From Hypanus sabinus (taxonomy: Eukaryota), in the NCBI RefSeq assembly GCF_030144855.1, contig NC_082721.1, positions 32,550,001 through 32,614,000 on the forward strand: a stretch of 64,000 nt of DNA. Direction: 5' to 3'. How positions within the stretch are numbered: the first letter of the stretch is position 1; every line of letters starts with the position of its first letter. Made by a program: the position numbers and the translations under genes. Below, piece after piece: positions 12,301 to 25,795 of this stretch. The notes beneath the pieces are model-generated. The model was not told the origin of the DNA. It did not search any database and was given only the letters and a program-made list of their open reading frames with translations.

Positions 12301-14062
12301 TTTCCTGTCAGCCATCAATTCAATGGAATCATGAAATTAAACTGGTTCTATCCAGCACAGGTACTCCAACCTCTATTGGTTAAACAAGCAAAAAGATTCT
12401 AAAAAGTACAATGCACGTGTCTGTGAAAGTACAAAGACTATTGTGTAATTTGTAAAGAACAAGTTTTAAAACTAGAAATCTCTCTCAATTACACTATTAC
12501 CCAACTAAAATAGGTTCCAAGTTCAGGGGATGCTCTTATAAAAAGCCATTCCTAACCAATAGAATTGTGGAGCGCTTGAAAAATTGTTAAATGCAAACTT
12601 GCTGCAATATACACAAGTAGTTTAAAAAAAAACAAATTCTAGTACTAGGTTACATTTAGTACTGATTTAACTGATAATTGAAGCCTTATACCCAAATCTG
12701 TTATGTCTCTTTCAATCAACAATATCAAGATCAGATCCATCCGTTTATTTTAAAATACTATACTAATGAACATTAGTGGATAGAATGCAACAAAGGCATC
12801 AACCCCTCTTTACACAGTCAAACTGGCACCTGTAGTTAAGGTCAAGCTATTATTTCAGGGGTGCACCTTTATCACAATTAGATATATTTTAAAACAGGAA
12901 AAAAAAAGGTGGTTTGAAAAAAAACGAACACCTCTAAAATGTTTAAGTCCATCCTCCCCACAAAGAATGACATGCTAATTTAAACTTTATCCATTTTATT
13001 CCATTTCCAATATTTGTATCATGGTGTTACAGTAGAAAAACAGCAATCAGAACAAATTGTGTATTGTCCATGTTTGAATATTTCCAAAGTACTTCAAGTG
13101 GGATGAGGGTTCATACCCATGGTTCCTCACAATCTCAACTAATTCTCTCAAATTAAAGTTACATTCACACAAAAGAATAGAAATGGTTTGCACACTTTCT
13201 AAGTAAATCAGCTAGTTAGAAGCATTGGAGAATACCTAGAAAGTCACTGAAACATCAGACAATTTAGGGTAACATCCTTAAAAGTCTTAAATATTATGGT
13301 GCCAATTTTCATTTATACCAATTTCACAATCACCTAAATCTAAATACTATCGAACAGTCTCATGATTGATTTCCTCCTAGTTGGCAGAAGACAAAGTGCA
13401 AAATATGCATGTAATTTAATTGACTGGCACAAATTGTTTATCAAATACAGATTACTTATCGGCAACAAAATGAACTGGCATGGCCCAGGGAAGATTAAAT
13501 AGAAGTAACATTTGTTTTCTACCGCAATAACCTTGCCTCCCCCAAACAAAACTGACAGGAACATGCAGGAAGGAAAAAAACGAACACATCCTGTATTTGA
13601 CCTACCAATCTGGGTCCACAGTAGAAAAAAAAGTTATGTTTGATTAGTTCACATGTGCACACACCTAAACTTTCAATAACAAGGCAAAAAAAAAGCCACC
13701 AAAAGAGTGTTTCGCCCGCCTCATAAAATGAATTTACAATTTGATGTGATGATTTTGTGGAATGGTGAAAGAGGCTTAAAAGGATGAAGTCACCTGCCCT
13801 TGATGCCAAATTTTTTGTAATCATCAACATTCTGCTAAATTTGATTCACAATTACTCCTCAGAAATGCTGTAAAGAGACATTTAGTTAAAATTCAACAAA
13901 CATTTCCTCTGGACAAAAGAGGTTCTTCAAGACGATCCATACTCAGCATCAAGGATTGAAGTAAAAATAAAAGCAAATTTAGTTAGTACATGTAATACTG
14001 ATCAATGAAACAACTGAAACTAATTTTAATTTCCAATGAGTACACATTACACCTGACTTTAC

Positions 14063-14247
14063 CTTTCTCTCTCATTAAATCTTTAAGTGTCTGCCATTTC
14101 ATTTCAAATGGGATATTGCTCACAAAAACCCGGAATCTTGCATTTCGGTTGGTTGAATATGGCTCAAAACGGTTTCCTCCACGCTTGCTGCTTTTTTCCT
14201 TTAGCTTATCATTTTTATCACTCTTAAGTGGAGCTTCATTTGTTTCA
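14063..14247 (-). CDS. HNRNPM: hnRNP M exon 2 (..KRGGNRFEPY..RVFVSNIPFEMKWQTLKDLMREK; PY-NLS and start of RRM1)
   Basis: Acceptor ttttcctacag, donor G|GTAAAG, 185 nt; KRGGNRFEPY is the hnRNP M PY-NLS motif. Confidence 0.95.
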
Positions 14248-15169
14248 CTGTAGGAAAAAAAATCAAGTTCAATATTAATTTATTTTGCATACGTACATTT
14301 TGCCCAAAGCTACCTCTGCAAAGATTTAACGAACTTTACCCATGGCACATTGCATCAATACGGAAAATTTTAAATAAGTTTTTAGAGAAAGCAAGAACTT
14401 ATTAAAAATCATGACAGATGCTTAAAGAATATTTACTTTTAAGCTGAAAGGCTAATTTGTTGGTGGGCGAGTAGAAAAATGATCGGTTTCAATTAAGTGA
14501 CTAAAAGGAACTGCGTAATGAAAAATACTCAAGTTTTAGGGGAAAGGGGCAATAAGAAGAAAGCAGTTAAGTTCTTTTGGAGGATGTAGAAAAGCTAGGA
14601 AGTGCCTTAAGGCGAGATATGGTACCAGTCTTGGGGTGGGATGCTGCATGTAGTGAGTGGGAAAGAGAAAGTCTCAGCAAGAAAGAGATACGCGGGTTTG
14701 ATGTGCAAAGAGAAATGAGGGGCGCCGTTGAGAAATGCAAAGATCCGGTGCTAGCATTTAGCTGGTTAAAGGGAAGCATGCGGTTGGGAATGAGACTCCA
14801 GCGGGTTTAGAAAACATAGCACCGATTAAAAAAATCGAAGCTCAACACACAAAGAGTAGGAGACGATTAACATGCGGTGGAACAGTACCGGCATGGTTTA
14901 AATGGGAACGATGAGGCTCTAAGTGAACCAGACAGGAGGACAAAACAATAAATTGTAATACAATTATTTCACGCGAGGAAGATAAACAGCGAGGTTTTAT
15001 TGCCTCATGTGTAGATTAACCTCAAGTATCTCTTTAAGTGTGGAAAATAAAAATATACAAAAAATTGAACTATAAAAGAAATCTACAAAACTAAATTACG
15101 TTGGCATGCCTTTAATTATTAGTTCCAATTCCATTCCCTTTAGGAAGAAAATAGACTTTTCTTTTGGTT

Positions 15170-15730
15170 TGAAGGGCTACCGGGGTTGACTCCGAATCAT
15201 AAGCGCCGCGCCGCCCTTTTGTTCGGCGCCAAGGCCGCGGCCTACATCCTTGTTGAAGCCTGTACCGTTGCCATAGACACACGGCCTTCTCGGGCCGAGT
15301 TTTTCCCTCACAAATACGCACCTCTGGTTCTGATCTTCATCGCCACCGCTTGGGATGTTCTCCTCCTGCTTTTCTTCCAACTCAATGTTGGCGATCGCAG
15401 GTTCTTGGGACGTAGGCTCCAATTCCGCCATCGACGCAGGAACAAAACGACCAACTCGCGCTGCTGAAGTCCAAATGGCCGCCGCGTAGTGACGCGTGAA
15501 GGTTTCTGGGTACTGCCGCGCTCTAAGCCCCGCCCCTCCCCTTCCCCCACCGTCTTTCACTCAAGTGACGACATACTGGGTTTCAGCGCCAAATTGCCGC
15601 GGCGACTGTCCCACGTGCGCACGTCTCGTCTACCTGACAACCGAAGGCGACAGGTGGGGTGTCCGCAATGCAGTAAGAGATCGAGCAACGTGCATCGGTA
15701 GCTGGGTTGCAAAGTTGCTCCCTTCCTTCG
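15170..15730. promoter_or_regulatory. CpG island / promoter of HNRNPM
   Basis: Dense CpG in an otherwise CpG-depleted region; YY1-like GCGGCCATTT on the minus strand (~15473-15482), GC box CCCCGCCC (~15528), E-box CACGTG (~15612). Confidence 0.8.
15322..15431 (-). CDS. HNRNPM: hnRNP M coding exon 1 (MAELEPTSQEPAIANIELEEKQEENIPSGGDEDQNQ, phase 2)
   Basis: ATG at 15431 inside a CpG island; donor AG|GTGCGT at 15321; 110 nt, and the phase joins exon 2 in frame. Confidence 0.85.
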
Positions 15731-16599
15731 GTGGGGCCTTGTATGTAGCTGACCATGAGACCCACATTACACGGGTATATAACATGCGGACCAGTAACTC
15801 CGCCACTCAACAAGATTATGGTCGATTTCTGTCTCAAGCACCGCTTACTTTTACGGTGTCACTCGATGCCTTTAATATCCACAATTTATCAATCCTTGTC
15901 TTATACACAATGACTAACCCACCAAATCTATCTAGGGTAGAGAGGCTACTACGATCAGAGTGAAACAATTTCTCCTCACTCTTAAATGGCTTGTTGCTGT
16001 TCTGAGTCTCTTACTCCAGACTCGCTAGTGTAGGGAAACAGCGTCTCTATTATAACCTTTAAGAATCAACTTTGGTCTCACCAACACCCTTTGTAATCAT
16101 GATAATACATTGTATTTAGGTGAGAGCTACAGTGGCCAGCATACCATTTGCTTTCCTACATATTTGTTGCACTTACGGAGGTGTACAAGGACGCTTCCAT
16201 ATCTTTTTTGTACATCATCATTAAAAAAACATATCAGCTTACCTGGAAGTGAATACTTACTCATTTTTCCACATTGTATCTTCATCCCCTCCATCTGCCA
16301 TGATATTATCCACTCAATTGGTTTGCCTATATCCCTTCGAAATCTCTTCATTCTCTGTACTTCTTGCATTCCCACTTAGTTTTAAAGCAGAGTTAGAAAT
16401 ATGTTTCTTTGCTGCCCTCAGCCAATATGTTGATAATAATTGTGAGTAGGTGGAGCCTAATTAAGTCTCTCTGTACCTGTGTTATAAACTGCAAATCTTA
16501 GAAGGAACCATTTATCTCTACTCTTTAAGCCCTATGGGTGGAAATGGCGCAGAAGTGGGCTGTACCATTGATACCATGCCCGTTTTATATTAATCTTAC

Positions 16600-16835
16600 A
16601 TTTTTCATTTACTGCATAGTGCCTTCAAATCCACCCCTACTCCACTACGTACACGTAGAGGCAATTTGTAATGGCCAATTAACAGACCGGCATGCATGTC
16701 TTTGGGATGTGGAAGAAAAACAGCACAGAGAGGAAACCCATCCAGTCACAGGGAGAACATACAGACTCCAAGCAGACAGCACCTGAGGTTAGAATTGAAC
16801 CTGGTTCTCTGGTACCTTGATGCAGTAGCACTACT
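16600..16835 (-). mobile_element. V-domain (HE1-like) tRNA SINE
   Basis: Reverse complement of V-domain core (gttctccctgtgactggatgggtttcctc..ccacatcccaaagacatgc). Confidence 0.7.
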
Positions 16836-16839
16836 TTAG

Positions 16840-17650
16840 GCCTCTTCTATACCCACCCTTTGCCTCCTGCCAGTCAGCCAATGCTATACTCATTCCTATA
16901 CTAGCATAAATTCCTATTTTGTTTAGCAGCCTCATGTGTGGCACCTTGTCAAAGGCTTTCAGAAAATCCAAGTAAACAACATACACTGAGCCTCCTTTGT
17001 CATCCTGCCTGTTATTTCCTCAAAGAATTCCAACAGATTAATCAGGGAAGATTTCCCCCTTAAAGAAAACGTGCTGACTTCAGTCCATTTCATTGTTTGT
17101 TTCTGAGTATCCCAAAACCTCATCCTAAATAATAGACTCCAACATCTTTCCAACCACTGAAGTTAGGCTAACTGGCTTAAAACTTTATGTCTTTTGTCTC
17201 CCTGGAGTGACATATGCAATTTTTCAGTCCTCCAGAACTATTCTAAAATCTGTTGATTCCTAAAAGATCACTATTAATGTCTCTACAATCCCATCAGCTA
17301 CCTCTTTCAAAACCCTAGGTGACTTATTTACCTACAGACCTTTCAGCTTCTCAAGCACCTTCTTAACAATGTGGCCACAGTCATTTCTGTCCAGTTACCC
17401 TCAAATTCCTGACATGCGGCTGGTGTCTTCTACAATGATGCAAAAGACTTACTGAGTTTGAATGCCATTTCTTTGTTCTTCCCCCTCCCCATCACTACCT
17501 CTCCAGCATCATTTTCCAGCAGTCCAATATCCACTTTCCTCTCTTTTACTTTTTATATATCTGAAAAAAATTTTTGTATCCTCTTTTATATTAATGGCTA
17601 GCTTACTTCATTTTTTATCTTTTCTTTCCTAATTGCTTTTTAGTTGCCTT
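16840..17650 (-). mobile_element. Old CR1 LINE ORF2 fragment
   Basis: Reverse-strand remnants GKSSLINLLEFFEEIT and KAFDKVPH. Confidence 0.75.
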
Positions 17651-20600
17651 CTAAAGGTAACTATACAGTAGAGTGTTATAGAGATACTGTACATAAAAAT
17701 AGATGAACTCAACAAAAGGTATAAATACATTTTTGTATGTATCAAGTGCAACTTGTGAGCAATCAGGTCACCTCCTGGTTTCTCTATTTTTGAAATAGTC
17801 ACCGAGTGGTGGCTGGTGCATTCTGAAAAAGCACATTGCAGCCAACACTTTAGGCCTTCCTTCTTGAGGCAGAAAGAGACATTCAAAGCATGGAAAGGCT
17901 CACGTGAGGAAGTGCGGAAGTTGCCATAGTTTCAGTATTGTTCATGAACTATCTTTTGCCAATTGCAACAGATCTCATGTTTAAGCATATCTAATAAAAT
18001 CCTATGATTAAGGTGGTAAACAAAATGTAACTAGTTAACTAGTAGTACCTCTAGCATTAACTGCAAGCTTTAATCTAGGCAGCAGCCACGTTTCAGGGAA
18101 GGTCTCAAGTGTCACAGAGACTATATTCTGCTTCTCCAGAATTACTCTTATTCGGACAAAAATACAGACAGGCAGTTATTGACCATGTCAAGACTAGAGA
18201 TCATCCAACTTCCTCACTCACCTTGCATCTGATTTTGTAGTCGAAGGATGAGGCCAAATGGAGCAAAAATATATATTCTTGTGGAGGATAGGGATATGAT
18301 GCAGTGCTGAATGGGTACTTTGTATCTTTATTGAAGTAGTTGTCAATCTTTGTTGACAATGTAGCGGTGAAGGAGGAAATGGAAGTGACCATGGATACAT
18401 TAGAAATAAAGAACAGGTACTTGAAATGTTACAGAAATAAAGCACTGTAGATCTGGTAATTGGAAATAAAATATAATACTAAAAAATACTCATCATGATT
18501 TGTGAGGTGTGTGCATTTAAAAGTCATTCATGTTTCAGTCGATTACCTTTAAGCAGAATTGCTGCTGCTTGATCTGGCAATTGGTCCAGGACTTGATCTA
18601 TTTGTCCTTAAAAGCATGGACATTCTCAATGTAGGGAAGATTCTCAGTCTGAATTATATTCATCTATTATAAAAGGATATTAAATGCTGTAAGAAGTCAT
18701 CTAATTCTTCATTGATATGAGGATTGTGTCATATGCAGAACAGGGAGAGGAACTATTGAACTGTGAACCTGACTTTGGGTAAATAATTAGCATTTTAAAT
18801 AAGGCCAAATAATTAAATTATAGCATAGATTATTGAAGGTAAATCATGCCAGCCCTGTTGCTGAAGGCTTTGATGAAGTAACAGCGTTGCAGTGTACCTT
18901 CCTCAATCACTGCCCCTGCCTCCTTGTTTTTCTGGATGAAAAAGTTGCTCCTTGGGTCCCTTTAAAATCTTTCTCCTCTCACCCTAGAACTATGCCCCTT
19001 AGTTTTGGACCCCCCTACCCTAAGAAAAAAGACTTCTATTATCACCTTATCTGTGCCTCCCATAATTTTGAACATTTGTATAAGCTCCTAAAGTTTACAG
19101 AATAAAACCTAGCCTGGCCAACTAGTCCTGAAAATTCAGGCCATGGAGTCTTGGCAACATCTTCATAAGCCTCTGTACTCTTTCCAGTTTAACCATATCT
19201 TTCACATAACAGGTGACCAAAAAGATAAAAAATCAAGAGATTTTGCAGATGTTGGACATCTTGAGCAACACACACAAACTGCTACAGGAACTCGGCAAGT
19301 CAGGCAGCATCAATGGAGGGTAATGTTGGACCCAACTGTTTAATTCTTAAGATTAGACTGTTAGACTGTTTAACTGTTAATTTCTTTGCAGTTTAACAAT
19401 TAATTGTCCTGCTTGTATTTTATATACGTGGAACAGTTTATTATGCTCCCTGATGGCCACAGTATGTATCTGCAGTTATTCAATGTGTTCGCTAGTGGTT
19501 ATTTTAGTGTAATTCTGGAAAGTTCTGGAATCTTTGTTTGGTAATACATTATTTGAATAAGAGCTTTCTCATTGGTTAAATCTATGAATTTGAATGACAT
19601 TTTCCTTTTCTATATACCTGTAGTGTAAAAAGCTGCACTATGAGACAGTGCCATCTTAGATCTTTTGACACACACTCTCTTCTAGTAAACCTCTATCACT
19701 GTTAATTTTCAACTCTCTCTTTGTTCTATTAGCACTTAATAAATTGATCATGAAGCAGCATGTTTTGTGCCTCTTTCCAACTTCTGAAAGAATCTTGGAT
19801 TAAAACATCAGAATCCTAAAGGATTAAACAGTCAACATTTCAGGCCAAATCTTACTCCAGCTACCCTCCTCTACCACTCACACCTATCACCTTCTTTCAA
19901 TCTCCCCTCCCCCCACCCCCAACCTTCTTGTCCTGGCTTCTGACCTTTTCCTTTTCACTGTGGTTTCAGCCTGGAAGTCAACTGTTTACTCTTCTCCATA
20001 GATGAGTTCTTCCAGCATTTGGTGTGTCGACTGAAAATATAGGCACATGGAGTGGTGGGGTTTGGAGGGATATGGTCTGAATGCAGCAAATTGGGACTAG
20101 CTGGGAGGGAACTGTGGATGGCATGGACTGGTTAAGCCAAAGGGCCTGTATCTATGCTGTGTTGGTCTATCACTTCATATTCTATGACATAGCCTTGCCT
20201 GATTCCAATTGACACTACCAGGTTTTTCACTGAGGTGCTATACTTCATGGCTAGTGGATTTCCCATTAGTGGAGTTAATCTGCAGGACAGACCTACACCA
20301 GAATCAGGGTCACCCAATCCCAGCCATTGAATTATAACAAGTTGATAATACTTGTGTGTGTGCATTTTTGGATGATGAGCTCCAAGTCATTTTTAACTCT
20401 CTTAGTGAAGCATACACTAAATGAGTCTTACACTAAATATCTGGATGTCAAAGGTTCTTGACTAATCTATCCCCTCCTATTCAACATGACCCCCAATCAA
20501 AAATTAAGATACACAATGTGAAGTCACCTACTATATTTTGGGAGTTACAACGGAAACAGATGTCACTGAAGAAATTTGGCACTTGGGCAGCCAATGAAAA

Positions 20601-20712
20601 GGCACAAAGCACCATCAGCCCCTGGACTCCTGTATGCTTTAGAGACATTTTTTTGAAGTAAGCATTTTGAAGCACCAAAGTCCAAAGTAAACTTAATATC
20701 AAAGTACACATA

Positions 20713-21069
20713 CGTTCAGTGGCCACTTTATTATGTACCTCCTACACAGTGGCTAGTGGGGTTATATTTGTGGTCTTCTGCTGCTGTAGCCCATCCATTT
20801 TAAGTTTCAACATGTGAGTACAGGGATGCTCTTCTGAGACTTATGTGTGAAAATACCAGGAGATCAGCAGTTTCGAAGGCACTCAAACCACCCTATATGG
20901 CACCAACAATCATTTAATCAAAGCCATTTCTTCCTCATTCTGATCCTTGGTCTGAAAAACAACTGAACCTCTTGACCAAGTCGGCATGCTTTGAGTTGCT
21001 GTAACATGATTGGCTGATTGGATATTTACATTAACAAGCAGGTGAACCTAATAAAGTTGCCGCTGAGTG
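20713..21069. mobile_element. Non-autonomous Tc1-like element
   Basis: TIRs tcagtggccactttatta / taataaagttgccgctga with TA on the left; same family as 52567..53038. Confidence 0.75.
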
Positions 21070-22523
21070 TTTGTTACCACATACTGTCTTGAGATTAATT
21101 TTTTGCAGGCATTTACAGAGAAAAAAGAAGTACAATAGAATTTATGAAAAACTGTAGATAAACAGACAAAGACTGACAAACAACCAATATGCAAAAGAAG
21201 ACAATCTATGTGAGTATCAGTAACACTGTCTCCATGAAATCTTACAAATGTATTAGTAGAACAGACAACATATAAGTAAATATACGTATAGTATTGTTTA
21301 CCTGGGAATCAGTGAAGAATCCTGGAGCTTCTAATATCCCATATACTGGACAATGAAGTCCATTGACAATGAGGTTAAGAACTTAATGTACACATGGTAC
21401 TCTGTAAACAAGGGCATGAAGTGGCAAAATTAATGAAGATTTCATCCTACATGTCTACGTTGGTTGAGTAAGTCCAGCAAATTCACAGTTAATCCTGGCA
21501 AGCCTTAGGCACCAATTTTAAACCAAGGAAGACAAATGAAAAGTATAGCACAAAATGTTCTCCTAATAGAAAGCCAAGTATTCTATACTAATAGAAAACA
21601 GCACAACGTGGCAATCCAGTCTCAAACCATCTATATTTGTGATTTTGCTAGTTACAAAAAACAGGATTTCTTCATTTCATATGTTGAATGCATTGTTTCA
21701 TTTTAGAGCAAATATCATTGTAAAAATAAAGGGTAAAGACGTAGATTCCAAGAATAAGGCCGCATGCGAGTGCAAGGAAGTCAATAGAAAAGGCACAAAC
21801 ACTTACGTAACTTCATGGGATAAAGGATGTAGTCTTTAATGAAATAATATCAAAATTACAAAACTATTTTAATTCAACACCATCAAAGATTCTAGAAAGC
21901 TTCATGTCTCAAACTCAGTAAATAAGATCAGTTATATCAATTACTGTTGCAGAATTGTGAAAAATCTGTTGTGACATTTCAGATCTGGCCTGTTTCAGTT
22001 GTAAACGGCAAGATAAGTTTGTGTACAAACTAACTGTTAAGCAGTCTAGTCTGTTACTAAACACAGTAAATCTAATATTTAAGATCCTAATCCAGTGAAA
22101 ATGTCAAGGGTTTTTCTCTTATAGAACAATAGTCTAAGCATGGTACATGGACCAATGGCAGGAATAATGGCAAGAGGCTGAGTCAAGTGAGCATGGCTGA
22201 CAAAAAAAAGAAGTCTTGGAAGGAAATCTTCCCACCATCATAACAGGTATTACTCAATACAAATGTCAGAGCAGCAGGATTATTTAATTACAGAAAACAA
22301 GATCACAAAGCCTTAATATGCAGAGTTAAATAACGTATTGGAATCCATAGCCAAGTTGTGCCCTAGTAGGAAAACAATTGCCAGCTAAAAACCGCAGAAG
22401 CCAGGTTTATAGATGGATGAGCATTGTGAGAAACACCTCCTAAATTGCACCCACTATGCTAGTAGTGGTAAAATCAGCCAGTATGAAGTTAACGTACAGC
22501 ACAACTGTTTTCCCTTGGAACAT

Positions 22524-23516
22524 CCTAATGAACCACTGTAAACTCTCTGCACTGCTACTCCTCGGCTTGTCAGCTGTTGGGGCTGCAGTTGCCTTCAGCC
22601 TGTGGGCCCGCAGGAAAAATGCCAGGAAGGACCCCTCACAGGAGCAGCTGAACTAGGAGCAGATGCAGCCCAGCAGGAAGTTTGGGGAATGGTGCCCAGT
22701 GTTGAGCGAATGGAAGCTGATAGCTGGAGATGCTCTGGTCTAGTAGTCATAACCAAGAGAGAGCTGGAGGCTGGAAGCTCAGATCCAGAGGTTAGAGAGT
22801 CAGAACGTGAAATGGGAAATCTGTGTCCAAGTGAGAGTAACCTGGATTTACAGGCAGATTATTCAGAGCTCAGCACTGGGAATCTGAATACAGAATTGGG
22901 GAGCCAGAATATTGGGGCTGATAAAAGGGACGAAGGAAAGCAGCATGGAATTAGTCCTCAGGAACAGCCAGATGGAAAGCCAGGTCCTGAGCCAGCTCTC
23001 GGAAATTTTCTTCCAGAGGTGGCCAGCCCAACAAGAACCCAAGTGGGTAAAAATGAGAATACCTGGGGTAAGAATATGATAAATGGAAGCCACAAAGAAG
23101 GAATGGTTGCAGTGAAGAAAATGGAAAATGAAAACAAAGAATGTAATTGTCACAGAAGAGAAAGTGAGATGTGAAAGTGAGGATTAAGCAGTGGGTGGTG
23201 AAGAACAAGTGCAGAATGATGAAGAGAGCCCAGTTTGTGGGTCAGGTGACGCCCCAATGGTGCTGACGGGAGAGGGAAGAGCACCGTTGAGCAGAAGACT
23301 TGAATTTGTAGGAGGAAGGCCAATATTTAAACGAAGGAGGTCCATGGATGTGAGATCAGCGGAGTACAGGAAGGTACTAAGGAAGAAGAATTCAAGAGGC
23401 AAGAGAGGACAGCCAAGAAGAGGTCGAAAATTCAACAGAGATGTGGAGAGGCAGAACACAGAGATGAGGGAGTGGATTTTACATTTTGTAAAGTGCTGCC
23501 CGAAGATACGACAATA
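22524..23516 (+). pseudogene. Unidentified gene-like fragment: N-terminal signal-anchor followed by Glu-rich region, frameshifted
   Basis: ATG at 22528 MNHCKLSALLLLGLSAVGAAVAFSLWARRKNARK; overlapping long ORFs 22602-23174 and 23191-23517; purine-rich, coding-like composition unlike the AT-rich flanks. Confidence 0.45.
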
Positions 23517-25795
23517 GGATGTGCTGGAGTTCTTGGAAAGCATCAAGTTGGATAAGACGCGGGGACCGGAGGAGATGTACCCCACTCTACTGTGGGAGGC
23601 AAGGGAGGATATTGCTGAGCCTCTGGTGATGATCTTTGCACCATCAATGGGGATGGGAGAGGTTCCGGAGGATTGGAGGGTTGCAGATGTTGTTCCTTTA
23701 TTCAAGAAAGAGAGTAGAGGTAATGCAGGAAATTATAGACCAGTGAGTCTTACCTCAGCGGTTGGAAGTTGATGGAGAAGATCCTGAGAGGCAGGATTTA
23801 TGAACATTTGGAGAGGTATAATATGCTTAGGGATAGTCAGCATGGCTTTGTCGAGGGCAGGTTGTGCTGTACGAGCTTGATTGAATTTTTTGAGGATGTG
23901 ACTAAACACGTTGGTGAAGGAAGAGCAGTAGATGTAGTGTATATGGATTTTAGCAAGGCATTTGATAAGGTACCCCATGCAAGGCTTATTGAGAAAGTAA
24001 GGAGGCATGGGATCCAAGAACTTTGCTTTGTGGATCCAGAACTGGTTTGCTCACAGAAGGCAAAGAGTGGTTGTAGACGGGTCATATTCTGCATGGAGGC
24101 AGGTGACTAGTGTGCCTCAGGGATCTGTTCTGGGACCCCTATTCTTTGTGATTTTTATAAATGACCTGGATGAGGAAGTGGAGGGATGGGTTAGTAAATT
24201 TGCTGATGACACACAGGTTGGGGGTGTTGTGGATAGTGTGGAGGGCTGTCAGAGGTTACAGCAGGATATTGATAGGATGCAAAACTAGACTGAGAAGTGG
24301 CAGATGGAGTTCAACCCAGGTAAGTGTGAAGTGGTTCATTTTGGTAGGCTAAATGTGATGGCAAAATATAGTATTAATGGTAAGACTCTTGGCAGTGTGG
24401 AGGATCAGAGGGATCTTGGGGTCTGAGTCCATAGGACGCTCAAAGCAGCTGCACAGGTTGACTCTGTGGCTAAGAAGGCATACGGTGTATTGGCCTTCAT
24501 CAATCTTAGAATTGAATTCTAAGAGAGGTAATGTTGCAGCTATATTGACACTTGGAGTACTGTTCTCAGTTCTGGTCGCCTCACTACAGGAAGGATGTGG
24601 AAGCCATAGAAAGGGTGCATAGGAGATTTGCAAGGATATTGCTTGGTTTGGGGAACATGCCTTATGAGAACAGGTTGAGTGAACTCAGCCTTTTTTCCTT
24701 GGAGCGACAGAGGATGAGAGGTGACCTGATAGAGGTGTATAAGATGATGAGAGGCATTGATCGTGTGGTAGTCAGAGGCTTTTTCCCAGTGCTGAAATGG
24801 TTGCCACAAGAAGACACAGGTTTAAGGTGCTGGGGAGTAGGTACAGAGGAGGTGTCAGGGGTAGGTACAGAGGGAATTTCATCAGTCACTGAAAGTAAGC
24901 ATGCAGGTACAGCAGGCAGTGAAGAAAGCTAATGGTATGTTGGCCTTCATAACAAGGAGAGTTGAGTATAGGAGCAAAGAGGTCCTTCTGCAGTTGTACA
25001 GGGCCCTGGTGAAACCACACCTGGAGTATTGTGTGCAGTTTTGGTCTCAAAATTTGAGGAAGGACATTCTTGCTATTGAGGGAGTACAGCATAAGTTCAC
25101 GAGGTTAATTCCCAGGATGGTGGGACTCTCATATGTTGAAAGATTGGAGTGACTGGGCTTATATACACTGGAATTTAGAAGGATGACAGGGGATCTGATT
25201 GAAACATAAGATTATTAAGGGACTGGAGACACTAGAGGCAGGAAACGTTTCTGATGTTGGGGGGAGTCCAGAACTAGAGGCCACAGTTTAAGAATAAGGG
25301 GTAGGCCATTTAAAACGGAGTTGAGGAAAAACTTTTTCACCCAGAGAGTTGTAGATCTGTGGAATGCTCTGCCTCAGAAGGCAGTGGAGGCCAATTCTCT
25401 GGATTCTTTCAAGAAAGAGATGGATAGAGCTCTTAAAGATAGCAGAGTCTAGGAATATGGGGAGAAGGCAGGAACGGGGTACTGATTGTAGATGATCAGC
25501 CATGATCACAGTGAATGGTGGTGCTGGCTTGAAGGGCCGAATAGCCTACTCCTGCTCCTATTGTCTATTGTAAGTTTTTTATTCAGAGAGTGGTGAGTGA
25601 GTGGAATGGGCTGCCGGCAATGGTGGTGGAAGCGGATACGATAGGGTCTTTTAAGAGACTTTTGCATAGGTACATGGAGCTTAGAAAAATAGAGGGCTAT
25701 AGGTAAGCCTAGTAATTTCTGAGGTAGGGACATGTTCGGCACAACTTTGTGGGCCGAAGGGCCTGTATTCTACTGTAGGTTTTCTATATTTCTAT
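23517..25795 (+). mobile_element. CR1 LINE family A (RT to 3' end), interrupted by a second CR1
   Basis: RT motifs incl. VSKFADDT; 3' UTR resumes at 25571 and ends ttctatatttctat. Confidence 0.92.
24881..25570 (+). mobile_element. CR1 LINE family B 3' fragment nested in family A
   Basis: QVQQAVKKANGML..LEYCVQFWS; distinct 3' UTR ending ctcctattgtctattg. Confidence 0.88.

Noticed and set aside
52-15431. Calling the RRM gene MYEF2
   Set aside because: Some residues are MYEF2-like (GCG, LDFK, RGMG), but KRGGNRFEPY, GEHARR..QK, QLLFDR and linkage to RAB11B favour HNRNPM.
15112-15963. Multiple overlapping ORFs around the HNRNPM promoter
   Set aside because: Expected in a GC-rich CpG island; only 15322-15431 has splice and homology support.
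19330-19410. Short actgtt repeats
   Set aside because: Low-complexity slippage next to a dispersed repeat.
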